A DNA stretch of 64,000 nt from Vulcanimicrobiota bacterium (GTDB lineage: Bacteria; Vulcanimicrobiota; Vulcanimicrobiia; Vulcanimicrobiales; Vulcanimicrobiaceae). Location of the stretch: contig CAWETW010000001.1 in the NCBI GenBank assembly GCA_963812155.1, forward strand, positions 128,001-192,000. The letters run 5' to 3'. Position 1 is the first letter of the stretch. Every line of letters starts with the position of its first letter. Shown one piece after another: positions 1-11,006 of this stretch. A model generated the notes under the pieces. That model saw nothing but the letters and a program-made list of their open reading frames with translations, did no database searches and was not told the origin of the DNA. Made by a program: the position numbers and the translations under genes.

Positions 1-74
1 AGGGAACTGGCCGATCGCAGTGGCTCGCGACGCGGTGTTGTAGCCCTCGCGCGGCGCCGCAATAACTGCCGAGA

Positions 75-641
75 ATGACCCCGTTCGACTATCTGACCGT
101 CCTCGTGTCGATCGTGATCGGGTTGGCGATTGCGAACGTCCTCACGCGTCTTTCGGTCGTCATTACGGCGCGCGAGCGAGTCGACTTCTACTGGCCGCCC
201 GTAGCGTGGGCGATCTGGCTTTTCTTCGTCGCGGTGCAGCACTGGTGGGCACAATGGAGCGTTCGCCATACGCGGGAATGGAACTTTGGCACGTTCTGCT
301 TGGAACTGGCAGTTCCGGTGCTGTTATTTTTTATCTCCGCGCTCGTGCTGCCTGAGCGGGAGGAGAATGGAAGGCTGGATCTCGGCGAGTGGTATTTCCA
401 CAATCGCGCGTGGTTCTTCGCGGCGCTGTTCTTCGTGCCGGCCGCAAGCCTCGCCGAAGAGCTAACGCGAACCGGCCATATCGCCTCGCCGGTTAATCTG
501 GCGTTCTTGTTGTTCTTCGAAGTGACCATCGCCGCAGCGTACGCGCTCAAGTCGCGACGAATTCAGGAGATCATTACCGCGCAGGCGATGGCAATGACGC
601 TGCTGTACGTGATCGTTCTCTTCATTCGACTGCCCGGATAG
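75..641 (+). CDS. Integral membrane hypothetical protein
   Basis: 188-aa ORF with about 6 hydrophobic segments; no family I can name with certainty. Confidence 0.75.
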   Translation: MTPFDYLTVLVSIVIGLAIANVLTRLSVVITARERVDFYWPPVAWAIWLFFVAVQHWWAQWSVRHTREWNFGTFCLELAVPVLLFFISALVLPEREENGRLDLGEWYFHNRAWFFAALFFVPAASLAEELTRTGHIASPVNLAFLLFFEVTIAAAYALKSRRIQEIITAQAMAMTLLYVIVLFIRLPG

Positions 642-738
642 CACGTCACCTCCATCTGCTCCGGCCCCCGGCAAGGGGCGTCGAAGGCTCGCTCCCGAAA
701 GGCGAACGTTCGGCCGCTTCTCCGTCCTGGAGGTTACC

Positions 739-1944
739 ATGAGTCAGAAGCGTTCCACTACGTTAGCCCGCATGATCGCGCCGGCGTGCGTCGCGGCGCT
801 CGCAGCATGCGCCGGCCGGTCGACGATGCCGGCCGCAGGTCAACCCGGAGCGATCGACGCTCGCATCGCCGCTCCCGATGCCGGCTTCTCGGTGCTGTAT
901 ACGTTTGCCGGCCAGCCCGACGGCGCCGTTTCGGTCGCCGGCATGATTGCCTCGAACGGTACGCTGTACGGTACGACGCAAGTTGGTGGCCAAGGCGGGG
1001 CGGGCTCGATCTTTACGACGAGCACCGCCGGGAAAGAGAAGGTCATCTACAGCTTCGGTTCCGGCAACCCCGACGGCGTTTTCCCCGTCGCCGAACTCAC
1101 CCTGATGTCGAGCACGTTCTACGGCACGGCGTCTTCAGGCGGCAGCCATGGATTCGGCGCGATCTTCAAGACCGATAAGAGCGGCCACGAGAGCCTCGTC
1201 TACAGCTTCAAGGGCGGCAGTGACGGTTCGGCGCCGTACGCGCGACTGGTCGCGCACAACGGCGTTTTCTACGGCACGACCTACACAGGGGGCGGAAGTG
1301 CGAACTGCCCGCAAGGATGCGGCACCGTCTTTTCAGTGACGCCCGGCGGGACCGAACACGTCTTGCATGCGTTTAAAGGCGCCAGCGGCGACGGCGCTGG
1401 CCCGATCGCCCCGCTGCTGTTGGTAGGCTCGACGTTTTACGGAACGACCGGCGGAGGCGGCAAGTTCGGCACCGGCACGATCTTCAAGACGAGTTTGTCA
1501 GGGAAAGAGCAAGTGCTGCACCACTTCGGAGCGTCGATGGACGGCTCCGAGCCGGAGGCCGGCCTGGTCAGCCTGGGCGGAAAGCTGTACGGCACGACCA
1601 ACACCGGCGGAACGCACGCCGATGGAACCGTTTTTTACACGTCTTCGGCCGGCGGCGCAACGGTAACGTACAATTTCAAGGGAGGCGCGGACGGTGCAAA
1701 TCCGGAGGCCGCGCTCACCGTCTACAAGGGCAAGCTCTACGGAACGACGGCCGCCGGCGGTTCTTCCAATCAGGGAACCGTGTTCACCGTGGGCACGGGC
1801 GGGAGCGAGAGCGTGCTGCACGCGTTCAAGTCACAGGAAGGTTCGGACCCGCGCGCGCGGCTGGTCGTCGTCAACGGGCAACTCTACGGCACGACGTCAC
1901 TGGGCGCGAAGGGATTCGGCACGATTTTCAAAGCGTCGCCGTAA
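739..1944 (+). CDS. Lipoprotein with choice-of-anchor GloVer (Gloeo/Verruco) tandem repeats
   Basis: GGAGG RBS upstream; lipobox LAAC; about 7 repeats of LYGTT-xx-GG---GTVF---E-VLH-F---DG--P. Confidence 0.85.
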   Translation: MSQKRSTTLARMIAPACVAALAACAGRSTMPAAGQPGAIDARIAAPDAGFSVLYTFAGQPDGAVSVAGMIASNGTLYGTTQVGGQGGAGSIFTTSTAGKEKVIYSFGSGNPDGVFPVAELTLMSSTFYGTASSGGSHGFGAIFKTDKSGHESLVYSFKGGSDGSAPYARLVAHNGVFYGTTYTGGGSANCPQGCGTVFSVTPGGTEHVLHAFKGASGDGAGPIAPLLLVGSTFYGTTGGGGKFGTGTIFKTSLSGKEQVLHHFGASMDGSEPEAGLVSLGGKLYGTTNTGGTHADGTVFYTSSAGGATVTYNFKGGADGANPEAALTVYKGKLYGTTAAGGSSNQGTVFTVGTGGSESVLHAFKSQEGSDPRARLVVVNGQLYGTTSLGAKGFGTIFKASP

Positions 1945-2038
1945 GCGTTTTTCGCGCCGGCCTGTGTTGCTAAACGTCGACTCGAGCGACAGCGTGTAAT
2001 CGGCGCGAGTCGTCCCCCTCGCACGGGCTCGCCTCTCA

Positions 2039-2065
2039 TTAAACGCACGTTAAAAGCGCGTTAAA
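2039..2065. promoter_or_regulatory. Three TTAAA direct repeats at 11-bp period (candidate OmpR/PhoB-family binding site)
   Basis: TTAAA at 2039, 2050 and 2061 in a GC-rich intergenic region ~100 bp upstream of the 2169 gene. Confidence 0.45.
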
Positions 2066-2168
2066 CGCGCAATGGAGCGAGCACTCGATACCAAGGAGAA
2101 GCCGAAGCTGCAAAAAAGGCCGGGTCAAGCCCGCGTGTGGCGGGCAGCGTGCTGACCGGAGATAACTC

Positions 2169-3164
2169 ATGATGCAACCATCTTCTTACGTGAAAATCGC
2201 GACCGTCTCGATTGCGCTGGCGCTAACGTTGTCCGGCTGCGGCGGAAACGGATCGTTACCGGGCGGTAGCGCCGGCGTCTCGCAAGCGCCGTCGCAAATA
2301 CCGGCGCTGCAACCTGAAAAGGCTCCACCGGCGGCACTGTACGTCAGCGACTTCTACGGGAAATCGGTGTTCCGGTTCGTACGCCGCACCGACGGGACGC
2401 TGCAGACACCGGCCGGATCGTCGCTCGTCCTGCCGTATAATCCCGGCCCGATCGCCATGGGCAGGAACGGTAATCTTTTCGTCACCGACGAGCAGAACGA
2501 ATCGATCGAAGTGTACCGCAAAGGCGCCACTGGGTCCGCACAACCGTCGCGAACGCTGCTGTTGCCATTCGTTCCGAGCTGCGTCGCGGTAGACGCCGCG
2601 GGTTACGAATACGCCGGCGGTTTTTCCAATGGATACGTTGCCGTCTACGCGCCTGGCGCGCACGGGCTTGCGAATACGATTGCGCGTATCGCCCTTCCCG
2701 ACGGACATCCCGACGTCAACGGCGTCGCGGTGGACGCGTCGGGAAATCTCTACGTCTCCGACTCGAACGAGATCAGCGAATTTTCTACGCCGGCTACGAA
2801 TCCAACGCTCCAACGAGCGATCGTGGGCTCCGGCCAGGAGAGTTCGCCGGCCGGGCTGGCGTTGGAGCAGGCCAACGGCGAACTCTATGCCGCCAACACC
2901 GGCGACAACAACATCCTCGCCTACGGACCGGACGCGAACGGCCACGATGCACCGGACCGCACGATTTCGTCGCAGAATCCTGCGCTCAAGAACCCGCCCG
3001 GTGTTGCCGTTCACGATGCCGTACTGTATTCGACGAGCGGAACGTCGCTCAACGGGCCGCCCTCGGTGTTCGTTTTCAACGATCGCAAAGGCGCGCAAAC
3101 TCCAAGGCAGGTCGTGACCGGTTCCTACCTGTCGTCGCCGATCGGCGCAGCGCTAGGACCGTAA
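2169..3164 (+). CDS. NHL/beta-propeller lipoprotein
   Basis: Lipobox LSGC; repeated P-GIA-D--GNLYV motifs. Confidence 0.8.
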   Translation: MMQPSSYVKIATVSIALALTLSGCGGNGSLPGGSAGVSQAPSQIPALQPEKAPPAALYVSDFYGKSVFRFVRRTDGTLQTPAGSSLVLPYNPGPIAMGRNGNLFVTDEQNESIEVYRKGATGSAQPSRTLLLPFVPSCVAVDAAGYEYAGGFSNGYVAVYAPGAHGLANTIARIALPDGHPDVNGVAVDASGNLYVSDSNEISEFSTPATNPTLQRAIVGSGQESSPAGLALEQANGELYAANTGDNNILAYGPDANGHDAPDRTISSQNPALKNPPGVAVHDAVLYSTSGTSLNGPPSVFVFNDRKGAQTPRQVVTGSYLSSPIGAALGP

Positions 3165-3207
3165 GCGCGCCGCCTCCGGCCGGCTTCGGGGCATTCTCCT
3201 TCACGTA

Positions 3208-3229
3208 CCGCCGCTTCGCGAAGCGGCGG
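3208..3229. terminator. Perfect 22-bp palindrome, possible terminator or processing hairpin
   Basis: CCGCCGCTTCG-CGAAGCGGCGG downstream of the 2169..3164 gene; only a weak T-tract follows. Confidence 0.4.
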
Positions 3230-3255
3230 CATCGTTTGCTATGAAGGAGGTTCTG

Positions 3256-3750
3256 TTGAAACGTTACCATCTCGCGGCCGCTCTCGCTGCATCGTTGGCG
3301 AGCGCCTGTGCGCACACGGGGTCGCTGCCGTTTGCAGGCACCGGCGGCACGAACGCGCCGGCGAACGCGCGCGTTACCGCGTACATCGAACCGGCGAGTG
3401 ACTTTGTCCCACCGCGCGGCGACGGGGCCGACGCCGCGCCTTGCCGGCACCCACAGTTTCCCGTCGTGTGCGTCAAGCGCGGGCATTCGGCTACGCTCGG
3501 CATCAAGATCACGTGCACGAGAAACGGCAACCCGGTTGCCTGCGGCACCGTCACGTGGTCGACCAAACCGAGTAACAAAGGCTTGACCGCCTCGTTCGAA
3601 CCGAATCCGGGTAATCCGACCACCGAGACGATCCGCGCCGCCAAGACGCTTCGGCTTGGAAAATACTCGCAGTCGATTACGACAAAATGCTCGAACGTGC
3701 CGGATTGTCCCAAAGACTACCTCGCGCCGATCTACGTCGTCGCGAAATAG
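3256..3750 (+). CDS. Cys-rich hypothetical lipoprotein
   Basis: AAGGAGG at 3244-3250 places the start at TTG 3256; lipobox ASAC; six further Cys. Confidence 0.65.
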   Translation: MKRYHLAAALAASLASACAHTGSLPFAGTGGTNAPANARVTAYIEPASDFVPPRGDGADAAPCRHPQFPVVCVKRGHSATLGIKITCTRNGNPVACGTVTWSTKPSNKGLTASFEPNPGNPTTETIRAAKTLRLGKYSQSITTKCSNVPDCPKDYLAPIYVVAK

Positions 3751-3875
3751 CAACGAACCGGCCGGAGCGGGCGCGAAGGTGCGTCCCGCCCCGGCCGCTT
3801 TCCGAACGCCGGGCCGGGCAGGAGAAGAGCCCGGCACGTTCTATCTAACGGGGTTCCCGGCGCGACCAGCGATCC

Positions 3876-3957
3876 GGGCACGTGGCGGAACTGGCAGACG
3901 CGCTGGATTTAGGATCCAGTGGGGCAACCCGTCAGAGTTCGAGTCTCTGCGTGCCCA
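3876..3957 (+). tRNA. tRNA-Leu(TAG)
   Basis: Acceptor stem GGGCACG/CGTGCCC, anticodon stem CTGGA/TCCAG with TAG at 3910-3912, long variable arm, GTTCGAG T-loop; CCA not encoded. Confidence 0.95.
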
Positions 3958-3964
3958 CGTCGCC

Positions 3965-4107
3965 GGCGAACCCCGAAGTGTGCTTTGCACTCGAGGGGTG
4001 GCCAACAATCCGATTGACAAAAAGGATTTTTGGTAAGCGCTAGGCGGCGAGCCCTCGAAGCGTGCTCTGCACGTGAGAGGCGAGCCAACGAAGCGATTAG
4101 CAAAAAG
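3965..4107. repeat. Two imperfect ~60-bp direct repeats, each a hairpin, in the inter-tRNA spacer
   Basis: 3965-4024 and 4046-4107 share GGCGA-CCC-CGAAG-GTGCT-TGCAC--GAG-GG-G-GCCAAC-A--CGATT--CAAAAAG. Confidence 0.7.
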
Positions 4108-4109
4108 AC

Positions 4110-4184
4110 GCGGAAGTAGCTCAGTGGTAGAGCATCGCCTTGCCAAGGCGAGGGTCGCGAGTTCGAATCTCGTCTTCCGCTCCA
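4110..4184 (+). tRNA. tRNA-Gly(GCC)
   Basis: GCGGAAG/CTTCCGC acceptor stem, GCC anticodon 4142-4144, GTTCGAA T-loop, encoded CCA. Confidence 0.97.
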
Positions 4185-4209
4185 TATTCCCGTTCACAGG
4201 AGTCCGCTG

Positions 4210-5502
4210 CTGTCCACCTCGACCCTAACCCGCCTGGCACCGACGCAAGTCGAACTTGACATTCCCATCGGCGCCGACGAGTTGAGCGCAGCCGAGGAGC
4301 GAGCCTTCCGGCGGCTTGCCAAGAACGTGCGATTGGCGGGTTTTCGTAAGGGCAAAGTCCCGCGAAAAGTCTTCGAACAGGCATACGGTACCGGCGCGAT
4401 CACGCACGACGCCGTCGAAGACGTCGTGCCGGAAGCGTACGCGCGTGCGGTGCGGGAGCACGACTTGGAACCGGTCGAACGCCCCAAGATCGAAGTCGTA
4501 GCGGAAGACGAAGGACGTCCGACGCGCGTTAAGGCCACCGTCGCAGTGCGGCCCGAAATCGTACTACGCGACTACAAGGGCGTCGCCGTCACGATACCGC
4601 ACGCGATCGTATCGGACGACGACGTGGAACGAACCGTGTCGGCGTTGGCCAAAGAGCGCGCGACGCTGGTTCCCGTCGACCGCGCGGCCGAAACCGGTGA
4701 CGTCGTCACGATCGACTATAGCGGCGCCATCGACGGCGTTGCCTTCGAAGGCGGCACCGCGGCCGGCGAGACCGCCGAGTTGACCGAAGGGCGCTTCATT
4801 CCCGGTTTCGTCTCCGGCATCGTCGGCATGCAGGCGGGCGAAACCAAAGACGTGCGCGCTCGCTTCCCCGACAACTACGCGCAACCCGATTTAGCCGGCA
4901 AGGAAGCCGCATTCGACGTGACGCTGCACGAAGTGAAACGCTACGATCTGCCGGCAATCGACGACACATTTGCGTCCGCCGTTTCGGACAACGCGACTGC
5001 AGACGAGCTGCGCGCCGACGTCCGCAAGCGGCTCGAGGCGATCGCCACGCAACGCGAGCGACGTGCGATCGGCAATGCGGTGCTCGACGCACTATTGCGC
5101 GATCACGAGTTTGCGCTGCCGCCGAGCATGGTCGACGGCGAGATCGATCACTTCGTCAACGAGACCGTATCGGCCGCCGCGCAGGCCGGTGAGACCTTCG
5201 AACGTTATTTGGAACGCATCGGAAAGAGCGAAGACGAACTGCGCGCCGCCTACCGCGCCGACGCCGAGACGCGCGTGAAGACGACCTTGCTCGTGGAGCA
5301 GATTGCGAAAACCGAAGGCGTCGTGGCGACGCCCGCCGACGTCGCGACCGAAGTGGAGGCGCTCGCCCGGCAATACGGCCAGTCGCCCGACCGGGTGCGA
5401 AAAGCGCTGGGTAACAACCTGCTGTCGCTGATGGGCGCGATCGTGCGGAACAAAACGCTCGACTTTCTCGTAGACCATGCCAAGGTGACGATTCCGTCCT
5501 AG
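4210..5502 (+). CDS. tig: Trigger factor
   Basis: GFRKGKVP ribosome-binding motif, FKBP domain (FEGG, FIPGF, FPDNY); precedes clpP-clpX; start extended to CTG 4210 behind AGGAG. Confidence 0.95.
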   Translation: MSTSTLTRLAPTQVELDIPIGADELSAAEERAFRRLAKNVRLAGFRKGKVPRKVFEQAYGTGAITHDAVEDVVPEAYARAVREHDLEPVERPKIEVVAEDEGRPTRVKATVAVRPEIVLRDYKGVAVTIPHAIVSDDDVERTVSALAKERATLVPVDRAAETGDVVTIDYSGAIDGVAFEGGTAAGETAELTEGRFIPGFVSGIVGMQAGETKDVRARFPDNYAQPDLAGKEAAFDVTLHEVKRYDLPAIDDTFASAVSDNATADELRADVRKRLEAIATQRERRAIGNAVLDALLRDHEFALPPSMVDGEIDHFVNETVSAAAQAGETFERYLERIGKSEDELRAAYRADAETRVKTTLLVEQIAKTEGVVATPADVATEVEALARQYGQSPDRVRKALGNNLLSLMGAIVRNKTLDFLVDHAKVTIPS

Positions 5503-5599
5503 CAGGCGACCGGCGAAGAAACCCTGGGCGCCGCGCCGTAGTTACAGCAGGCGAGCGCGGCGTGACGATTGCCGCGGGAAGGACAGCGTAAGAAGAGTT

Positions 5600-6208
5600 A
5601 TGGGACACCTGGTTCCGATGGTGGTCGAGCAAACGGCGCGCGGCGAACGCGCGTACGATATCTATTCGCGTTTGCTCAAAGATCGCATCGTCTTCGTCGG
5701 CGGACCGATCGACGATCATTTGGCAAACTTAGTCATCGCGCAGTTGCTCTTTCTGGAAAAGGAAGACCCCGACAAGGACATCGACATGTACGTGAACTCG
5801 CCGGGGGGCGTCGTACCGGCCGGATTGGCGATGTACGACGCGATGCGCATCATCAAGCCCGACGTGGCCACCATCTGCATGGGCATGGCCGCGTCGATGG
5901 GTTCGATTCTGCTGACGGGAGGCGCGCCGGGCAAGCGCTATGCGCTGCCCCACGCAAAGATCCTGATCCACCAGCCGTGGGTCTCGCAGATCGGGGGCCA
6001 GGCGACGGACGTCGAAATCGCGGCTCGCGACCTCATCGCGACGCGCAATACCGTCGCCCGAATCTACGAAGAAACGACCAAGAAGCCGCTCGAACAGGTT
6101 CTGCGCGACATCGAGCGGGACTACTACATGACCCCCGAGGAAGCCAAGGATTACGGGATAATCGACCAGATTCTCGAAGACCGTCGCAACCTGCCGGCGC
6201 CGGTATAG
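5600..6208 (+). CDS. clpP: ATP-dependent Clp protease proteolytic subunit
   Basis: [31 protein letters not shown] motifs. Confidence 0.98.
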   Translation: MGHLVPMVVEQTARGERAYDIYSRLLKDRIVFVGGPIDDHLANLVIAQLLFLEKEDPDKDIDMYVNSPGGVVPAGLAMYDAMRIIKPDVATICMGMAASMGSILLTGGAPGKRYALPHAKILIHQPWVSQIGGQATDVEIAARDLIATRNTVARIYEETTKKPLEQVLRDIERDYYMTPEEAKDYGIIDQILEDRRNLPAPV

Positions 6209-6235
6209 GGAGCCGAGGGAGGACGTTCGTTCGCA

Positions 6236-7490
<1,255 letters not shown>

Positions 7491-7492
<2 letters not shown>

Positions 7493-7584
7493 GCCTCTGG
7501 TTGGATCCAGGATCGTCGTCGCCGGCGGCCTATTTGCGCTGCAAACCACGGCCGCCGCTCTAGCCCTGAATCAACCAGAGGCCT
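7491..7584. other. 94-nt nested inverted-repeat element between convergent genes
   Basis: Outer 13-bp perfect IR AGGCCTCTGGTTG/CAACCAGAGGCCT plus inner stems GGCGGCC/GGCCGCC and TTTGC/GCAAA. Confidence 0.55.
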
Positions 7585-7604
7585 GGCGCATTCCTTAGGT
7601 AGTT

Positions 7605-8696
7605 TTAGGGTGCGAGGAACAAGTGCTCTGGCTTGTTGCTGCACAAATCCGCGCCGCCGATGCACGCAAACTTCAACGTCGGGGTCGCCGTTTGAGCCAT
7701 CGGAAGAGCGTACACTTCGAGCCGTCCCGTCGTTTGATCGAGTGCGTAGAAGAGGTTGCGCGGCGCATCGGCGGCGATCGCACCCACGATCGTATTCGCG
7801 GTAGCATCGGGGAAGAGACCCTGCACCGGATTGAGCGGCTGCGCAAACTGCGCGAGCCGGTCGACGGGCGGCGGTGGCGGCTGCCCGGGCGGAGGCGATT
7901 GCAGCGAGCCGTTATACTGACCGAGAATAACCGGCACGGGATTGGGATTGGTCGGCAAGTATTGGCTGCTGTCGACGAAGTCGGCGAAATCCAGATTTAG
8001 TCCCGTCCCGCCAGGTGGCTTCGCGTACGGAAAGCTCGTCTTGAACAGGCGTGCCGAACTGATGCCCGCGGCAGGGGCGGCAAAGACGTACAACGTGGCG
8101 TTGACGTCGAAGCTTGCATGCACCGGGGTAAAGCCGGACGTCTTGGTTCCCGGAGCGCCAAACTGAACGGTGACCGAAGCGCTTTGGGTCGATCGCGAGA
8201 TCGGAGCCGCCAACTCCGATACCTCCCCGAGGACGTTCACGAGCCAAAGGTTTCCGTTGGGGTCGTACTCGACGTCGCCGAGTTGGGCTCCCGCCTGTCC
8301 GACCTGCGTCATTGCGGGCGTCAATGGAATCAACACTTGTGCGCGCCCAGGTTCGAACGAAACGATCGGCGGCTTGAACACACGAACCGTGGTCGCCGTG
8401 ACGATCGCGATCTTTCCGTATGGGTTGACGGCGAGTTGCGGCGCGAAACTCGAGTCCGGTGCTTCGACCAGCCGGCGTACGGGTTTGGACGCCGCCTTCA
8501 GCGGGAGCGCGTATTCATAGAGGATTCCGTTGTGATCCACATAGAGCTTGTTGGGCGCCGGCGTCGGCGTCGGCAGCGGCGGGGACGAGATCGCAACCGG
8601 CGCGGGGCCGCTGCCGCCGCCGCCGCAGCCTGCGACGGCGAGCGTCGCTGCGAGCAGCGCCGAAAAGCAGAAGAAAATCGTACGCGCTGCGTTCAT
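7605..8696 (-). CDS. Hypothetical lipoprotein (propeller-like)
   Basis: Lipobox VAGC, Pro-rich linker; overlaps the upstream gene by 4 nt. Confidence 0.75.
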   Translation of the reverse strand: MNAARTIFFCFSALLAATLAVAGCGGGGSGPAPVAISSPPLPTPTPAPNKLYVDHNGILYEYALPLKAASKPVRRLVEAPDSSFAPQLAVNPYGKIAIVTATTVRVFKPPIVSFEPGRAQVLIPLTPAMTQVGQAGAQLGDVEYDPNGNLWLVNVLGEVSELAAPISRSTQSASVTVQFGAPGTKTSGFTPVHASFDVNATLYVFAAPAAGISSARLFKTSFPYAKPPGGTGLNLDFADFVDSSQYLPTNPNPVPVILGQYNGSLQSPPPGQPPPPPVDRLAQFAQPLNPVQGLFPDATANTIVGAIAADAPRNLFYALDQTTGRLEVYALPMAQTATPTLKFACIGGADLCSNKPEHLFLAP

Positions 8697-9469
8697 AGAT
8701 CCATATTTCCGAAGACGGGGCCGCCCGTGCTGCCTTGGCCTGCATCTAACACGAAGAGCGACAGCCGCCCCGCATCATTAAACGGCAGTACGTTTTCGGT
8801 GTCGAGCGAAGCGACGTGCGAGAGTGGAAGCGTTCCGTTGGGTAGCGGCCTCGTCCCGGTGCCGACGTATCCCCCGAAATCCGACACGCTCTTTCCGAGC
8901 GAAACCGTAGCGAGATTGCCGAAGTGCGCGCTGCCGAGTTTCTTGAAATTCGAATCCGTCGACACCGTGAAGCTCCCGAAATCCGCATTCGGAAACGACG
9001 GCGAAGCCTCGTACAGCGCGAGCGTTGCGTTTGCAGCCGGAGCTGGCTCTTCAAACGTGAGCGCGCTGTATTTCGGATAGGTCCCAACCAGAACCACCGT
9101 ATAGGACTTTCCGGCCGCAAGGGCTGCCGACGTTTTTACGGGAGTTATCGCGTTTCCAAAACTGTCACGGGCTACGAGCGAGAGTGCGCCGGCAGGCATC
9201 GGAACAAACGGCGTTCGGGTGCCGTAGCCGAACTCCGACGCCACCGTGGCTCCGTTGACGGTGAGGTACGGACTGCTGATCTGCTGCACGACGCCGTTGA
9301 TCAGCGCCTCGAGACTGGGTGCGCCTTCGACGAATCGTACCTGCGCCTTCGTGCCAGCGACCGTCGACGGCGTCGAATTCGATCCGCTGCACGCGCAGAC
9401 AGCGAATGCAAGGGCGACAACCGCCGAAAACCGGAAAGCCCCCGCGCGCGCCGCACCGGAGTGCGGCAC
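8693..9469 (-). CDS. DUF4397-like lipoprotein
   Basis: Signal ending VCAC; AQVRFVEGAP and LAAGKSYTVVLVG resemble DUF4397. Confidence 0.65.
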   Translation of the reverse strand: MPHSGAARAGAFRFSAVVALAFAVCACSGSNSTPSTVAGTKAQVRFVEGAPSLEALINGVVQQISSPYLTVNGATVASEFGYGTRTPFVPMPAGALSLVARDSFGNAITPVKTSAALAAGKSYTVVLVGTYPKYSALTFEEPAPAANATLALYEASPSFPNADFGSFTVSTDSNFKKLGSAHFGNLATVSLGKSVSDFGGYVGTGTRPLPNGTLPLSHVASLDTENVLPFNDAGRLSLFVLDAGQGSTGGPVFGNMDL

Positions 9470-9502
9470 GCGCAGTGCACGTGGAACGATGTCGCAACGT
9501 GA

Positions 9503-10947
9503 TTACGGGTTGAGGCAGGGGTGTACCGCTCCGTGTCCGTTGAGAGCTTTCAAAACGGCTTTGTGGAAGGTCGCGCTCAACGGTGCGTATTCGAGCTTGT
9601 TGATGAGCGCGCTTGCGGGTTTCGACGTGAGGTAGTTAACGAGCGTCTTCAAGTCGCCGTACTTCGGGTTGTTCTTTTCGTAGAACAGCCCGTAGCGTGA
9701 GGCCGACGATCGGGTAGTCGCTCGAGGGCGGCGAAACGAACGTGCTCTGCGGTACGAACAGGATGCACTCCGGGCGCGAGCTGCCGCACGTCGCGAGATC
9801 GTTGCACTCGCCGAAGTGGATGGCCGCGTTCGTAACGCCCGCCAGAGCGCCCTTGATCGCGGCTTTGTTGGTCGGATCGACGAAGGCCGTGCCGGTTCCC
9901 TGAAGGATCGCTTGACTGACTTTCGGGTTGGCCGACTTCGCATACGCGCCTTCGACGTACCCGGTCCCGTATTTGGTGGATTGCACGCCGGCGAGAACGC
10001 CGGGGTTGCCGCTGGCACCCTCGTAGGTGCCGCCGCCCGGTCCTACTTGCCCGGTCTGAAGGCCCGGCCAGCTGCCGGTCGACGGTCCGAACGTCCACTG
10101 GGCGCTATGACCGGTCGATTCGTAGGGCAGCGGAATTGTAGGGCGCCGGCCAGCTGCTGCCGCACGCCGATTGGAGCTTCGTGACGAAGATTTGCGTCGT
10201 TCCGCTGCCGTCGGAACGGAAGTAGAACGTTATCGGCGCCGAAACGCCGCCGGTCACCGAGCCGCCGTTGTCGGCGGTGATGGCCGGATCGTTCCAGTCG
10301 CCAACGGTTCCTTCGGCGATCGCGCAGTAGGTCCAGGTCGAGAGCTTGACGTGGCTGACGCTGAAGTCTCCCGGACGGTAGCCGAAAACGATCGGTCCGC
10401 CCAGCGTCGGGAACATGAAGGGCTCGCCCTGCGTCGACTTACGATTAGCGGCGTAGACGCCGTATTCGGTCGAGCTGATCATAACGTCGCTGGCGTCGAA
10501 GTCGATCGGGTCGGTCCGTCCGCCGAAACCCGTAGCCGTGTCGCCGAGTCCGGCGCACGCGGCCGTACCGCTCAAGCGACCCGGATCGCCGTCGAACTGC
10601 TTGCGGCCTGCACCGCTGCCGGTCAAGCAGTAGAAGATCGTGCCGACTCCGCCGTACTGGGCGAAGAGCGAGTTGGATCCCGGCGGCGCTTGCGGCTGGT
10701 TGAACGTGCCGACGGGTTGGCTTGCGGTATTGTATGCCTGTGCCGGGAACGTTGCGCCGCCGGCGTGGAGGCTCGAGGGGCCGTTGTCATTGGATTTCAT
10801 GTGGCCGCCCGGTTGATTGCTTTGAGCCGACGCGGCGTTCGGTATCGTTCCCATACCGGTCGTGCCGTTAGCGGAGCTGCCGTTACACGCGCTCAGCGCG
10901 AGCGCACATACGACAGCCGACGCCATGATGGCGAGGGTCTTATTCAT
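9503..10947 (-). CDS. pstS: PstS-family phosphate-binding lipoprotein (two apparent +1 frameshifts, ~10128 and ~9696)
   Basis: Lipobox LSAC; GGATFP, TGSGAG, RSDGSGTT, GYVE, YPIVG motifs spread over three frames that rejoin into ~480 aa. Confidence 0.8.
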
Positions 10948-11006
10948 CGTTAACGTATCCTTATAAGGCGTGTGAGTTAGACACGTGGGCCGGGCGCATG
11001 TAGCCT

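Noticed and set aside
4014..4042. Sigma70 promoter from TTGACA at 4014
   Set aside because: No acceptable -10 at 16-18 bp spacing; the hexamer is part of the repeat unit
3965..4107. CRISPR array or tRNA-derived att duplication
   Set aside because: Only two diverged units, no cas or integrase gene nearby, and no match to the tRNA 3' ends
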